64,000 nucleotides of DNA from Bugula neritina (taxonomy: Eukaryota > Animalia > Bryozoa), in assembly GCA_964035545.1 (NCBI GenBank), contig OZ037769.1:9632129-9696128 (forward strand), given 5' to 3'. Every line of letters begins with the position of its first letter. The stretch's first letter is position 1. Of this stretch, positions 1 through 49,273 are shown one piece after another. The notes beneath the pieces are model-generated. The model was not told the origin of the DNA and did not search any database. It saw only the letters and a list, made by a program, of their open reading frames with translations. The position numbers and the translations under genes were made by a program.

Positions 1-956
1 TGGCCTATAGGATTGGGTGTTACCAGTACCATCATAATTATTGTTTATGTTGGTACAACAGCAGCTTATTCAGTTAGACCCAAAACATTAGCTGTGCGCA
101 TATTACCTTTAGTACTACGTTTGACTACTTCAGACTTCAGTAATTACGTTAAGTGTTCTATATGCAGACAGACATGCATGTAACAGTGTGGAATTATCGC
201 CTTAATTATTTTCACAAGTCCTTTCACAACACTTATGCCATACTTGACAACTCTGCAGACAGACAGCAGAGTTTGCATTGATCACATGGAGTATTCAATG
301 GTCCATGGCAGTAGGCTATTGATCAGAGGAGTGTTTCAGGATAGTATAAATAACCGACCTTTCCCACACAGCAGCACTCCTGAATACCACCCAAGCACTT
401 CTGAACACCATTCAAGGCAGGCGTGTTCTGGAGCTAAGGAGCACCACTGGCCACATTTTATCCTGTCCTAACTCCTCCCTACAGATAGGCATGAGCTGGA
501 GTTATCTCACAAGCCAAGCAACCTGTACCAGTACATCAGCCACCGAGTTAACCCGGATGTTACAACATAATATTATTTGTGAGTTCATTAACAACTGTAA
601 ACTGCAGAATCCCGATGTGACATAGTTAGTCCTACAAGTACTGACTACAAATACATTATTAAAATACTGTGACTGAAACAGTAAGCTGCTAAGAGTAAGT
701 GTAACTATTATTATTAACATTATGATCAAGTTTTTCTACTGCCACAGGCATTCCATATTCATATCAATATTTCATATTGAGATTTTGGTAGCTTATTATT
801 AAACAATTTCCGGCTTACTTGACAGTCTCTGTTGGAGTCCTCGTGCAGTCTCTTTACTTTCACCATCAGCCACTAGCCAATATTCAAGCTTTACAAGTTG
901 GTAGGTTATTCGAGTGCTTGTTGCTAATCTACTATAAAACACAATGCAATAACCTG

Positions 957-2360
957 AACATTGTCCCATTATTTGAGAAAGGTAATAAAACAGAGATAAA
1001 ACAAGTGGTAAAACAATCTTGCCTATCAATTGTAGGCAAGATTCTTTCCCACATACTATTGAAACGGCTAAATGCGCCTATTAACTCAGAAGCGCTAATG
1101 GAGTCTCAGTGTGGATTCAAGAGCGGAATAAGTACAAAAGACATGGTTTTCGGCTTGACGCAAGTGTAGGGGAAGTGCATAGAACAAAATATGCCACTCT
1201 ACATTGTATTTTACAACTTCAGTAAGGCATTCAGTACTTTGTCTAGAGCAGGCCTTTGGCAGGTCTTTAAAAAGTTTCGCTGCACAGACAAGTTCACTCG
1301 CATTATTGAAGCACTTCATGCATACATGCAAGCAAATGTTGCAATGAGCAGTTCCATCTCAAATAATTTTGCAGTAAGAAATGGGATCAAGTAAGGGCAT
1401 GCCCTCATGCCAACACTTTTTTTTAGTTTACCTATCAGCCGCGCTTTAAATTGTGTTTAAACACAGCGCGGAAGGGGTATATGTACCAACTAGAAGAAGA
1501 GGCAGACCTGTTTGATGTAACTCATTTCAAGGCTAAAACCAAAACCACTACTGAGTTAGTGGGAGATTTACTAATAATAGTGCTCTAGTTGCTCATCATT
1601 CTGATACACAGATTCAGGTTTGCTAATGCTTCGAGACTTTAGTCTTGACATCAACATCAAGAAGACAGAATGCCTTTTTCAGCCTCCGAAGTTTCAAAGT
1701 GAAACATCTCAGCCACAGACCATAACCATCAAAGAGAAAACGTTTAAAAATGTAAAACCTTCAAGTACCTTGGACGCACAGTAGCTGTCAATTCTAAACT
1801 AGATTATGAAGTTTCTCTGAGAATAGTGCAGTTGATTAAAAAAATTAAGGAAGACTTTAGACTAATCAGCATGTTCCAGTTATAGTCAAGTATCAAGTAT
1901 ATCTTGCTACGGTACTCTCTGCCTTGCTGTATAGTACTGAGGCCTGAAACATATACAGTTTGCAAGTTGACCGACTTCAAGCATATGTAATCTGCGCTCA
2001 ATCATGGATATCTCTTGTAGGGACAAGATTGATAACCAAGAGGTATCAAAGAGAGCTAGTTTACCACCTTTAAAATTTTTCCTCATTGAGATGAACTTGA
2101 GATGGCCAGGAGATCTTGAGAGGATGAAGCACAGCCGTTTACCTAGACAACTCCTGTAATCGCAGCGGAAAGAATGTAGATGTAACCAAGGAAGCCCCAG
2201 ACTGAGATTTAAAGACACTGTGAAGCGAAATATGGAAAAGACAAGTGTGGAAAGAAATAGCTGGCAAAGGGAGGTTAAATTTAGCAACGGATAAAGATGT
2301 TTGACCAAACCGAATTGAAAACAGTCATTGTCACACCGGCAGACTGCTAGAATGATGAAG
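957..2360 (+). mobile_element. Degenerate 5'-truncated RTE (BovB-like) LINE
   Basis: RT fragments across frames (LSIVGKILSHILLKRL, ESQCGFK..STKDMVF, FSKAFSTLSRAGLW, LRFKDTVKRN) with many stops and frameshifts. Confidence 0.85.
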
Positions 2361-4299
2361 TCTATAAACCATTATCTACTCCTCTATTCCACTATAAAAA
2401 TATATACACTCCTGCACCACACACTATCTGGTATCCTGTCAACTGCGCAATGTTGAATACGGTAACTTACTTGATAGTCCCTATTGAAGTTCCTTTCTTA
2501 CAGTCTCTTTACCTTCACCCCTCTTATGGAGTAAACCACAAAATGTTCTATTTATAAGTATAATTTACCACAAATCTCAATAGCTTATAACCAGTATTGC
2601 TATGAATAATTCTCAAGGACACACATTTTACTAATATTGATACTGGTGATCATAAGTATTAAACTTAATAATCTAAACCGTAATCATAATGATAATCAAA
2701 ATGATAATGCAGTTTGAGTCTAAATCTATCAAAATGTCTATTATTCAGTTTAATGAATTTGATATTGGTTACTTGGCTAAACAGGACTACAGCTGTCTAA
2801 GGGCTTCGGATTCTCTACGCGCAGGGGTAATTGTAGGCCCTACGCTACAACCATTCGGTAACCATCACGCGTAGGGGGCAATTATTCGAGTAATTATCGT
2901 AATTTTACTTTAACATTGCGTCGTTTTTATAAACGAATGTAAGCGATAGAGTAGGTAGTTACCCCTATTTGTACCCAGGGTACTTGTAGTTACCGAATAT
3001 GAGTACCCTGGCAATAATTAAAGTATTAGCCTTAGTAACTATTAGCACACACTGAGATTTTTAGGCTACATTAGCGAAACAATTCGTAGAAAGTATGTTT
3101 GTATAACAACCGCTCTTTTCTCCAATGCACTTTTCTTTTATTATACCAGCAGCTGATCTTTGGTATATTATAATATAGTTCTCTAGCTGAATAATATCCA
3201 TCACTACTTGAAGTTATCGTTATTTTTTAGTGTCAAGACAACAAAATATTCATCATTTATTCAATGTTTTAATTACATTTTTCATATTTTTCTGAACTTG
3301 AAATTATTATTTCATGATATTTTAGCTTGGTTAGTAGCTGTATGCCTTGCAACGATGGACATATTCTAATACAAAGAGAAGACAATTTTACATTTAAATG
3401 TTGCAACTCACCAAAATTCTAATGAAATGCTTTTCTCATTTAGGCATGTGAAGACTAGAATGCTACTAAACCAATAGATATATGTCATTCTATCACTTGA
3501 TAATAATTATCATGTTAGTAATTTAAAATTACTAATAACAATTAAAATACAATGGTGACTACAGCCTGCTGTAACTACAAAATAGAAGTTATATGAAAAT
3601 AATTATGAGCTGTTTGGATTAGCCTAAATAATACTCATGGCTTAAATTAAAGAAAAATAACTAGGATGTGCATATTACTAGAGCAATGATCGTAGATTTA
3701 TAATTTAAAAGAACAGATAATACACTATGAAATCGACAAGGCATTATCAACATACCTGAAAGAATTACTGAATAATTATAATGTTTTCGAATATATTGAT
3801 GGTGAGCAACATTGTATATGTTCTATTAAAGCAACACAATATGAATAAAACAAATATTTAACTTTACAGCAAAAACTATAGTGATTGAATAAAAATCATT
3901 GATAAATTTGCAGAATGCCAGGACAGCCACATCTACCAGCATTCCTCAGTAGCACCCGCCAAGTCATTGGCAAATCTGCTTCTCCATCATATTGACACAG
4001 ACTAAAACAAGTCAAACTAAAATACAGTAATTTAGAATATCAATCATACAATTGCAGGATTAAAACCCAACAAACAGGATATAAAATAACTATAAGTATA
4101 ACAATACTAACACCAACAGTATGTTTATAATAAATCATTATAATAGTAACAAAGTTAAATATAATTTAAATCATAGCTCATATCAAGACTTAGAATAGGT
4201 ATAACACTATTATGATTAATTTTATTAATATTATTAAATATCAACTATTATAATGTTGGTATTTAATATTTTATGAAATTCAATGCTATCAAGTCAATA

Positions 4300-5005
4300 A
4301 TAAAGTCCCACGCCTTTGCGTCTCAGATTTTGTTAATATTTACACCAAATGGACCTACACATGCCCTGAGTGCTATTCTTGAATATTTCTGGCCTGACAC
4401 AAAAACTTTTTGAAAAAATGACTACTTTTATGAACAAAGGTTAGAAAGATTTTGGGGAAAATTTGTGATTTTTACTTTTAGACCAATTTATACATGTCCA
4501 TGTCTCAATCATTTTTTTAGACTGAGCTTTGAAATTTGCTGTGTGATTTGATAACACCTATCAATTTGCACTAGTGGTAACACATACTACAGAGACTTTG
4601 TGTGCATATGTGCTAAGCCATTGAATATAAGCAAATTTTTGTAAATTTCAAAAATTTTCAAGTATTCGACACATAAAAAGTGTTTATTTTTATTTCATTT
4701 CCTTAAATTTTTATCCATGAATAGTTGATTATGGTGACTTTATACTCCTCAATTTGTGTAATTTTGAAAATAATATTTTCAGCGATAGACACCCAAAGTG
4801 AAGAAAATGTGAAAATTCGCCCAACTTCACAAGGATGTAACGCAATGTTTGAATACAGCAAAATCTTTCAAGCAAGCAAATCTTTCTGTAAGGTTGTTTA
4901 GTGTATTCTGTAGATCCATAAGTCTGAACGTCATTATGTTGTCTAACTTTGACGTAAATCGCACGGAAAAATGGTATGCATACGAACATCGCCAAAATGC
5001 AATTT
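4300..5005 (+). mobile_element. Isolated left-TIR fragment of the Sola2-like family at 6350-9017
   Basis: Colinear similarity to 6378-7085 (gcctttgcg..agattttgtt..tttacaccaaatgga) and inverted similarity to ~8280-8985. Confidence 0.8.
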
Positions 5006-5200
5006 TCAATTTCGAATTGTACTCGACGGAGAGGAAGTGAGCAAATTCATCGATGAGCTCAGTAGGCTACGCGTAGGAAATACAGAAGCGCTCTAAGTGA
5101 AAATCAATCAACATTTACGAGAAGTTAGTAATTGGACTTGGAGTCTAAGTTAATTTCAAATGTAGACGTGCTTGTATCACTGAAATTGGTAGTAATTTAC
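5005..5200 (+). promoter_or_regulatory. Probable NUP188 promoter region
   Basis: Local CpG enrichment in an AT-rich background, ETS-like GGAAGTG at ~5032, just upstream of the first exons. Confidence 0.4.
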
Positions 5201-5496
5201 ATGAAAGCTGTAGCACTGTGACATCTACTAGTATTGTTGTTAGTAATACTGCTACTAGTGCTAATACTACATCTACCAACATTAGACTTGACACACTTTA
5301 CTTCATGGTGTTCGGAGTAGTAGCTGCCGGCAGTACTAAGAAAAATAGGAAATTTACTGTAAACAGTTTGAATAAGCGCCTTTCTCAATATTTTGTTACT
5401 TGCAATATATTATGTAATGCTATAACTCAAGTCGTAATTCTGACTGTTATTTGCTTGTTTTTAGAGTATCTAGTGTATATCACGGCAACACCAGTC

Positions 5497-41119
<35,623 letters not shown>

Positions 41120-41327
41120 TACTTGTCTATGGGTCTTGAGTTGTCAAACTCTGGGGTTGTCTTCCCTTGTAATGCTCTCCTAACATCTTCAATTTAGTAG
41201 ATTTGACATTGCATCATTTACAGGCATGACTGAATGATGAACAATATTTTGAATATGTCATATAATTATTCACATTTAATGTATGGAGTTTTTTGGCTAC
41301 ATTATATGTCAAGTTATTTGATATTAT

Positions 41328-41333
41328 AATAAA
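41328..41333 (+). terminator. Candidate polyadenylation signal of NUP188
   Basis: AATAAA about 210 nt after the stop codon. Confidence 0.45.
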
Positions 41334-42426
41334 ATGCTTGGACTACCGTTACAAATTGATGTTCGATATGTAGCAATGGCACACCATTCATAAACTTTCT
41401 CATTTCTTCTTTTATAACCTTAATCAATAATTACAATTTGACTCAGTTCCAGGTGAATAGACCCTGTTGCAACCCCCCTTCTCTAGGCTGTTCTCTCCAC
41501 CCAGTTGGCCACAAAAGCTCTTCAAACTTTTGCAGGAGTTGTTTTCCCCTAAGTTTGTTAGAATCCGTTAAATATCTTGCAGTTGTTATTAAAGCTAATA
41601 ATTTTAAATATTTTTACCAAAAAACTGAAATTGCTCATGCTTCTTCAACTACTTTTACCAAAAAAGTAGTGAGAAGCATGAGCAATTTCTCTGGACTTTG
41701 GAGGACATATTAAATTTGTACAGTTGAGTTTTACCAACAAATCTAAATTGAGCTATTATATATTATATAAGCTTAATGTATTTAAAATGCATACTTTTTA
41801 TACTATTTTAATAAAGACTCCAGAGTCAAAATTTATTTAGCTCAATTATATTTACAGAGGAAATACCTTAATAATTTAAAGTATATAATATTATGTTTAA
41901 ACCACCCATTAGAAAAAAGATCTGGTGGTGCCTTATTCAAAGATCATGGGAAACTACATTTTTTATGTGTGCCATTTGTCACAAAAAAAATTTCTTATTA
42001 GAAAACTATGGAGGACAAGCTGTTCTGGACTGATTAAGTAAACCAGAAAAATTAACACCAGGTATCGTCCTATAAGTCTAAACAAGTTAATTATGACAGA
42101 CCTAACATATTTAAGCTAATGGTTACTAAGGCATGTGTTACTGTTATAAAAATATTTCCTATCCAATTTTGGGCAACAATTTTGCTATCTCATCAGAAAG
42201 TATGAAGGAAGCTTAGATAATAGCGATGTTGAATATATGATAATTTCTTGCGGTTTTGAATAATATGAGTGTAATTTGGAGTTGTGTATCTACTTTATTG
42301 AGAAGATGATTCTTGTTTTGGTGCATTATCCTGTTTTTTACCTATGATTCTTAAAAAAAAGTTTAGTTTTTTCTCTCTGCTTCATTTTGAAAAAAAAGAT
42401 ACTACTCATTGTCCGAAATAACTACA

Positions 42427-43420
42427 GGTTATGGACCCAGCAGGACTCATATTGTTGTAGCTTTGTGCACTACGAATAGTGTGGTATTATTGTATACACG
42501 GATTACTGATTCATAACCTACTATGAGGTTTGCGAGAAAAACCAAAGTAGATAGCGTTTGAAGAAGATCTATATTTTATATCTATACACAAGTAAAATGA
42601 TCAGCAATATTACCCTAGTCTATATGACAGTTATTCTCTGACTGGGCCGGACATGGCCGAGGTAGAAGCTGTGGGCGTGGCCGAGGTAGAGACTGTGGGC
42701 GTGGCGGCCGAGGACATCACAACACAAAACTAGCTGCTGAGAGTAACAGTAAACCAACTGAAGTTGAACACGAAGAAAGTGCTATTCCTGTGGGAGAAGT
42801 GAGTGACAGTAACACTGTTAATTTTGGCTCATTGACAGTAGAGCGTCGAGACATATGACGCCTAATGAGTCAGACTTCACCACTTATGTCAAGTTTCAGA
42901 AACCAAGAAGGTAGCCATAACCAATGATAAAGTAGTTGATGCGGTAGGAATTGCTAACATTCAACTATGTATCAGGCTCAAACGTCAGGTGCAGAGAAAA
43001 GCAACTCTCCGCAATGTGCTACACACACGCACCCTGAAACACAATCTTTTCTCTGTTAGATCTGCAACGAGTCGAGGTATGGTAGTGCAGTTTGGCCATA
43101 TAATAGATGCTGGATTCGTGGTAAGACAAAGAAGATACACGCTATGGGAACTCTGGTTGGTGAGCTATCCTATCAAGATTTGAAGTCATTTGACCACGAG
43201 GTAGTAGATCTGGTCGCATGTAACAATGTATGGCACCAGAGACTAGCTCATATCAATCATGCTCATATCAATCATGCTACAATCAAACGCATGGCTAGTG
43301 AACAGGTTGTTACAGGTGCTGTCTTATCTGATGTAAGCATAGGTGTGTGTGCTCTGTGTATTAAAGGTAAAATGACTCGAAAGCCATTCAAATCTGAAAA
43401 TCAAATCAAGTTTACTCATT
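42427..43420 (+). mobile_element. Degenerate Ty1/Copia LTR-retrotransposon fragment
   Basis: Copia-type PBS-like GGTTATGGACCCAG; RG-rich gag remnant; protease WLIDSRASRHMT; NVLH..LKHNLFSV; pre-integrase WHQRLAHIN..CALCIKGKMTRKPF. Confidence 0.82.
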
Positions 43421-43429
43421 CCTTACTTA

Positions 43430-44627
43430 TAATATCATAGTATACCACAGACTTTTTACGGCGCATAACATTGTACTACAATCTATTATAGTGTGGTTCA
43501 GTACTTTACAGTGGGTTATATAATTTTACACTATGTTTCAGTCTAACATTACAATGCAGCACAAAATATCTCAGTCTATTACAATGTAATAAAACTTATG
43601 ACGGTATGTTTCAGCACATTACCTTGTATTACAGTAAATTACGGTTTATTACTACAAGTTTCAGTCTATTACAATGTGATACAGTTTTTAAAAGCGCAAA
43701 GTCATATATTACATGGTATCACATGTTTTAGCAATGTATTACAGTGCATTACATTGTGTTGCAGCGTTTAACGTTGTACGACAGTCTACTACAGTCTTTT
43801 TCAGTACTTCACAGTGTGCTATAAGTTTTTATAGTAGGTTTCAGAATAAATCGATGTAATATGGTATATTTCAGTCTATGACAATGCATTACAGTGTATT
43901 ACGGCTTAATACAGTATTTTTCAGTATAATAAACTGTACTACAGTGTATTTCAGTCAATTACACTGTCTTACAGCGCAATATATGAAATACAGTATATTT
44001 CAATCTATTACAATGAATTCCAAATCTGTTATATTCATGGTATATTTCAGTGTGTTGCAGTATATTTCAGTAAGTTTCAATATATTTAAGTTTGTTTCAC
44101 TATATTTCAGTATTTCGCATTATATTTCAATATGTTACAGCATATTTCAGTATGTTGCAGTATATTTCAGTGTGATACAGTAAATTTCAGTATGTGACAG
44201 TATATTTCAATAGTTTACAGTATATTTCAGAATGTTTCAGTATATTTCAGTATATCTCAGTATGTTACAGTATATTTCAGCATTTGACAGTATATTTCAG
44301 TATATCTCAGTATGTTACAGTATATTTCAGCAATTGACAGTTATTTCCATATGTTACAGTATATATCAGTATGTTACAGTATATCTAAGTATGTTTCGGT
44401 ATATTTCAGTATATTGCAGTATACTTCAGTGTGCTAAAGTAGATTTCAGTATGTTGCAGTATATTCCAGGGTGTTACTGTACATTTGAATATGTTCCAGT
44501 ATATTTCAGTATGCTACAGTATATTTTAGTATGTTACAGTATATTTCAGCACGGTACAGTATATTTCAGCATGTTACAGTACATTTCAGTATCATAGGGT
44601 ATATTTTAGTGTGATACAGCATATTTT
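43430..44627 (+). repeat. Satellite A (10/20-bp period, tatatttcag-tatgttrcag)
   Basis: Degenerate at the left, more regular at the right. Confidence 0.85.
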
Positions 44628-44711
44628 GTTCTATTTGTAGCACTATTAGGCACACTTCAGTACCTCTGGGCACTTATTGGTACTAGTAGTATATTTGGCT
44701 CAATTTAGCAC

Positions 44712-45251
44712 TGTCACAAAACTGTTGGTAGCAGTGTGACGAGTTCGAAAAGTCTGGTAGTCAGAAGTATATAGACAAGTAGCATACAGCTTGCTAATCC
44801 AGTTGAGAGTAAATAGAGTTGTGAATATAAGTAGTTTTTGTTTCTCTAGTAAGATATGCACAGATGAACTTATTAAAATTGAACTTCGAGAATGAACTGA
44901 ACTGATTCGTAAACACAACTGCCTCAGTATTTATAGTAAACAAAACACTCTAGAATATTCTCAAGCATTCCAGTATAGAAGATTCTAGTAGAAAACATTC
45001 CCCACATGCCAATACTAATTATAGAAAATCAGAACAAAACAAAACATTGGAATTTCCATGGTTATTTCGCAATTATTGCGCAACACCTTGTTTACATTGC
45101 TGGGCAGTAGTTAACATGACTAATGAAAACAATAACAATGAACAATGACCCATCTCTTTGATCAGTCTAAAATATTTATGAACATTCATGTATAATCATT
45201 AGGAAAAGCCCTGAAAGTCTATAGGTATATGTACACTCAGAATTTGTGACA
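44712..45251 (-). mobile_element. Solo LTR (540 bp)
   Basis: TGTCACAAA...TTTGTGACA termini; 5-bp TSD AGCAC; TATAAATA on the minus strand near 44930. Confidence 0.82.
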
Positions 45252-48200
45252 AGCACATTTGGGCATTTTTTAGCAGATTTGAGCACTGTTGAGCACACTA
45301 GTTCTACTATTAGCACTATTGGGCGCGTTTCAGAACCTCAGGGCACTCATTGGTACTATTAGCATATTTGGCTCAATTTAGCACATTTGGCCATATTTTA
45401 GCACATTTTGGCATGTTTTAGCACAATTGGGCACTGTTAGGCACAACTGTTCTGTTTGTAGCACTATTGGGTGCGTTTCAGTACTTCTGGGCACTTATTA
45501 TTACTATTAGCATATTTGGCTCAATTTAGCACATTTGGGCATGTTTTAGCACATTTTGGCATGTTATAGCACATTTGGGTACTGTTCGGCACATTTGTTC
45601 TGTTTGTAGCACTATTGGCTGCGTTTCAGTACTTCTGGGCACTTATTGGAACTATTAGCATATTTGGCTCAATTTAGCACGTTTGGGCATGTTTTAACAC
45701 ATTCGGGCATATGTTTTAGCACATTATGGCATGTTTTGGCACATTTGGGCACTGTTGAACGCAGTAGTTCTACTATTAGCTCTATTGGGCGCGTTTCAAA
45801 ACCTCTGGGCACTCATCGGCGCTATTAGCATGTTTGGCTCAATTTAGCACATATGGGCATGTTTTAGCACATTTGGACATGTTTTAGCACATTTTGGCAT
45901 GTTGTAGCACATCTAGGCACTGTGAGGCACATTTTTTCTGTTTGTAGCACTATTGGGTGCGTTTCAGTACTTCTGGGCACTTATTGGTACTATTATATTT
46001 CTGGTTCAATTTAGCACATTTGGGCATGTTTTAGCACATTTTGGCACTGTTAAGCACACTGTTTAAACTATTACCACTGTTGGGCACGTTTCAGAACCTG
46101 TGGGCACTTATTGGTACTATTAGCATATTTGGCTCAATTTAGCACATTTGGGAATGTTTAAGCACATTTTGGCATGTGTTAGCACATTTTGGCATGTTAT
46201 AGCACATTTGGGCACTGATAGGCACATTTGTTCTGTTTGTAGCACTATTGGGTGCATTTCAGTACTTCTGGGCATTTATCGGTACTATTAGCATATTTGG
46301 CTCAATTTAGCACATTTGGGCATGTTTAAGCACATGTGGGCACTGTTGAGCACGATAGTTCTACTATTAACACTATTGGGCGCGTTTCAGAACCTCTGGG
46401 CACTTATTGATATTAGTAGTATAATTGGCTCAATTTAACACATTAGGGCATGTTTTAGCACATTTTGGCAAAGTTTAGCACATTTGGGCACTGTTAGGCA
46501 CATTTGTTCTGTTTGTAGCACTAATAGGTGCATTTCAGTACTTATGGGCACTTATTGGTACTATTAGCATATTTGGCTCAATTTGGCACATTTGGGCATG
46601 TTTAAGCACATTTGGGCATGTTTTAGCATATTTTGGCATGTTTTAGCACATCTAGACACTGTTAAGCACATTTGTTCTGTTTGTAGCACTATTGGGTGCG
46701 TTTCAGTACTTCTGGGCACTTATTGGTACTATAAGCGTGTTTGGCTCAATTTAGCACATTAGGGCATGTTTTAGTACATTTCGGGATGTTTTAGCACATT
46801 TGGGCAGTGTTAAGCACACTAGTTCTACTATTAGCACTATTGGGCACGTTTCAGAACCGCTGGGGACTTATTGGCGCTATTAGCATGTTTGGGTCAATTT
46901 AGCACATTTGGGCATGTTTTAGCACATTTTGGCATGTCTTAGCACATTTGGGCACTGTTATGCACATTTGTTTTGTTTGTAGCACTATTGGGTGCATTTC
47001 AGTACTTCTGGGCACTTACTGGTACTATTAGAATATTTGGCTCAATTTACCACATTGAGGCATGTTTTAGCACATTTGGGCATTTTTAGCACATTTGGGC
47101 ACTGTTGAGCACATTTGTTCTGTTTGTAGCACTATTGGGTGCGTTTCAGTACTTCTGGGCACTTATTGCTGCTAGTAGTCTTTTTGGCTCAATTTAGCAC
47201 ATTTCGGCATGTTTTAGCACATTTGGGCAGTGTTGAGCACACTAGTTCTACTATTAGCATTATTGGGCACGTTTCAGAACCGCTGGGCACTTATTGGCGC
47301 TATTAGCATGTTTGGGTCAATTTAACACATTTGGGCATGTTTTAACACATTTTGGCACTGTTTAGCCTATTTGTTCTGTTTGTAGCGCCATCGGGTGCGT
47401 TTCAGTACTTTTTGGCACCTATTGGTACTATAAGCTTGTTTGGTTTGATTTAGCACATTTTGGCATGTTTCAGCACATTTGGGCATGTTTAAGCATATTT
47501 TGGGCACTGTTGAGCACAGTAGTTCTACTATTAGCACTATTAGGCGCGTTCCAGAACCTCTGGGCACTTATTGGTACTAGTAGTATTTTTGGCTCAATTT
47601 ACCACATTAGGGCATGTGTTAGCACATTTTGGCATGTTTTATCACATTTGGGCACTGTTAGGCACATTTGCTCTGTTTGTAGCACTATTAGGTGCGTTTC
47701 CGTACTTATGGGCACTCATTGGTACTATTAGCATATTAGGCTCAATTTAGCACATTTGGGCATGTTTTAGCACATTCTGGCATGTCTCAGCACATTTGGG
47801 CACTGTTAAGCACATTTGTTCTGTTTGTAGCACCATTGGGTGCGTTTCAGTACTTATGGGCACTTATTGGTGCTATTAGCATATTTGGCGCAATTTAGCA
47901 CAGTACGACATGTTTTAGCACATTCGGGCATATGTTTTAGCACATTTGGGCACTGTTAGGCACATTTTTTCTGTCTGTAGCACTATTAGGTGTGTTTCAG
48001 TACTTTTGGGCACGTATTGGTACTATTAGCATCTTTGGTTCAATTTAGCACATTTAGGCATGTTTTAACACATTTTGGCAATGTTTAGCCTATTTGTTCT
48101 GTTTGTAGCACCATCGATTGCGTTTCAGTACTTCTGGGCACCTATTGGTACTATAAGCTTGTTTGGTTCGATCTAGCACATTTTGGCATGTTTCAGCACA

Positions 48201-49273
48201 TTTTGGCGTGTTTTAGCACATTTAGGCATGTATTAGCACTTTTTGGCTTGTTATAGCACATTTGGGTACTGCTAGGCACATTTGTTCTGTTTGTAGCACT
48301 ATTGGGTGCAATTCAGTATTTCTGGGCACTTAATGGTACTATTAGCATATTTGGCTCAGTTTAGCACATTTGGGCATGTTTTAGCACATTCGGGCATATG
48401 TTTTAGCACATTTTATATGTTTTAGCACATTTGGGCAGTGTTAAGCACATTTGTTCTGTTTGTAGCACTATTGGGTGCGTCTCAGTACTTCTGGGCGCTT
48501 ACTGGTACTATTAGCATATTTGTCTCAATTTAGCACATTTTGGCATGTTTTAGCACATATGGGCACTGCTAAGCACATTTGTTCTGTTTGTAGCACTATT
48601 GGGTTCGTTTCAGTACTTCTGGGCACTTCTTGGTGCTAGTAGTCTTTTTGGCTCAATTTAGCACATTTCGGCATGTTTTAGCACATTTGGGCAGTGTTAA
48701 GCACAGCAGTTCTACTATTAGGACTATTGGGTACGTTTCAGAACCGATGGGCACTTATTGGCGCTATTAGCTTGTTTGGGTCAATTTAGCACATTAGGGC
48801 ATGTTTTAGCACGTTTTGGCATGTTTTAGCACATATGGGCACTGCTAAGCACATTTGTTCTGTTTGTAGCACTATTGGGTACATTTCAGTACTTCTGGGC
48901 ATTTATTGGTACTATTAGCATATTTGGCTCAATTTAGCACATTTGGGCATGTTTAAGCACATTTGAGCAATGTTGAGCACAGTAGTTCTACTATTAGCAT
49001 ATTTAGCTCAATTTAGCACGTTTGGGCATGTTTTAGCACATTCGGGCATATGTTTTTGGCACATTTTGGCATGTTTTAGCACATTTGGGCACTGTTAGGC
49101 ACATTTTTTCTGTTTGTAGCACTATCAGGTGCGTTTCAGTATTTTTGGGCACGTATTGGTACTATTAGCATCTTTGGTTCAATTTAGCACATTTGGGCAT
49201 GTTTTAACACATTTTGGCACTGTTTAGCCTATTTGTTCTGTTTGTAGCACCATCGATTGCGTTTCAGTACTTT

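Noticed and set aside
235-729. Short ORFs at the left edge
   Set aside because: No recognisable homology; candidate minus-strand exon frames contain stops.
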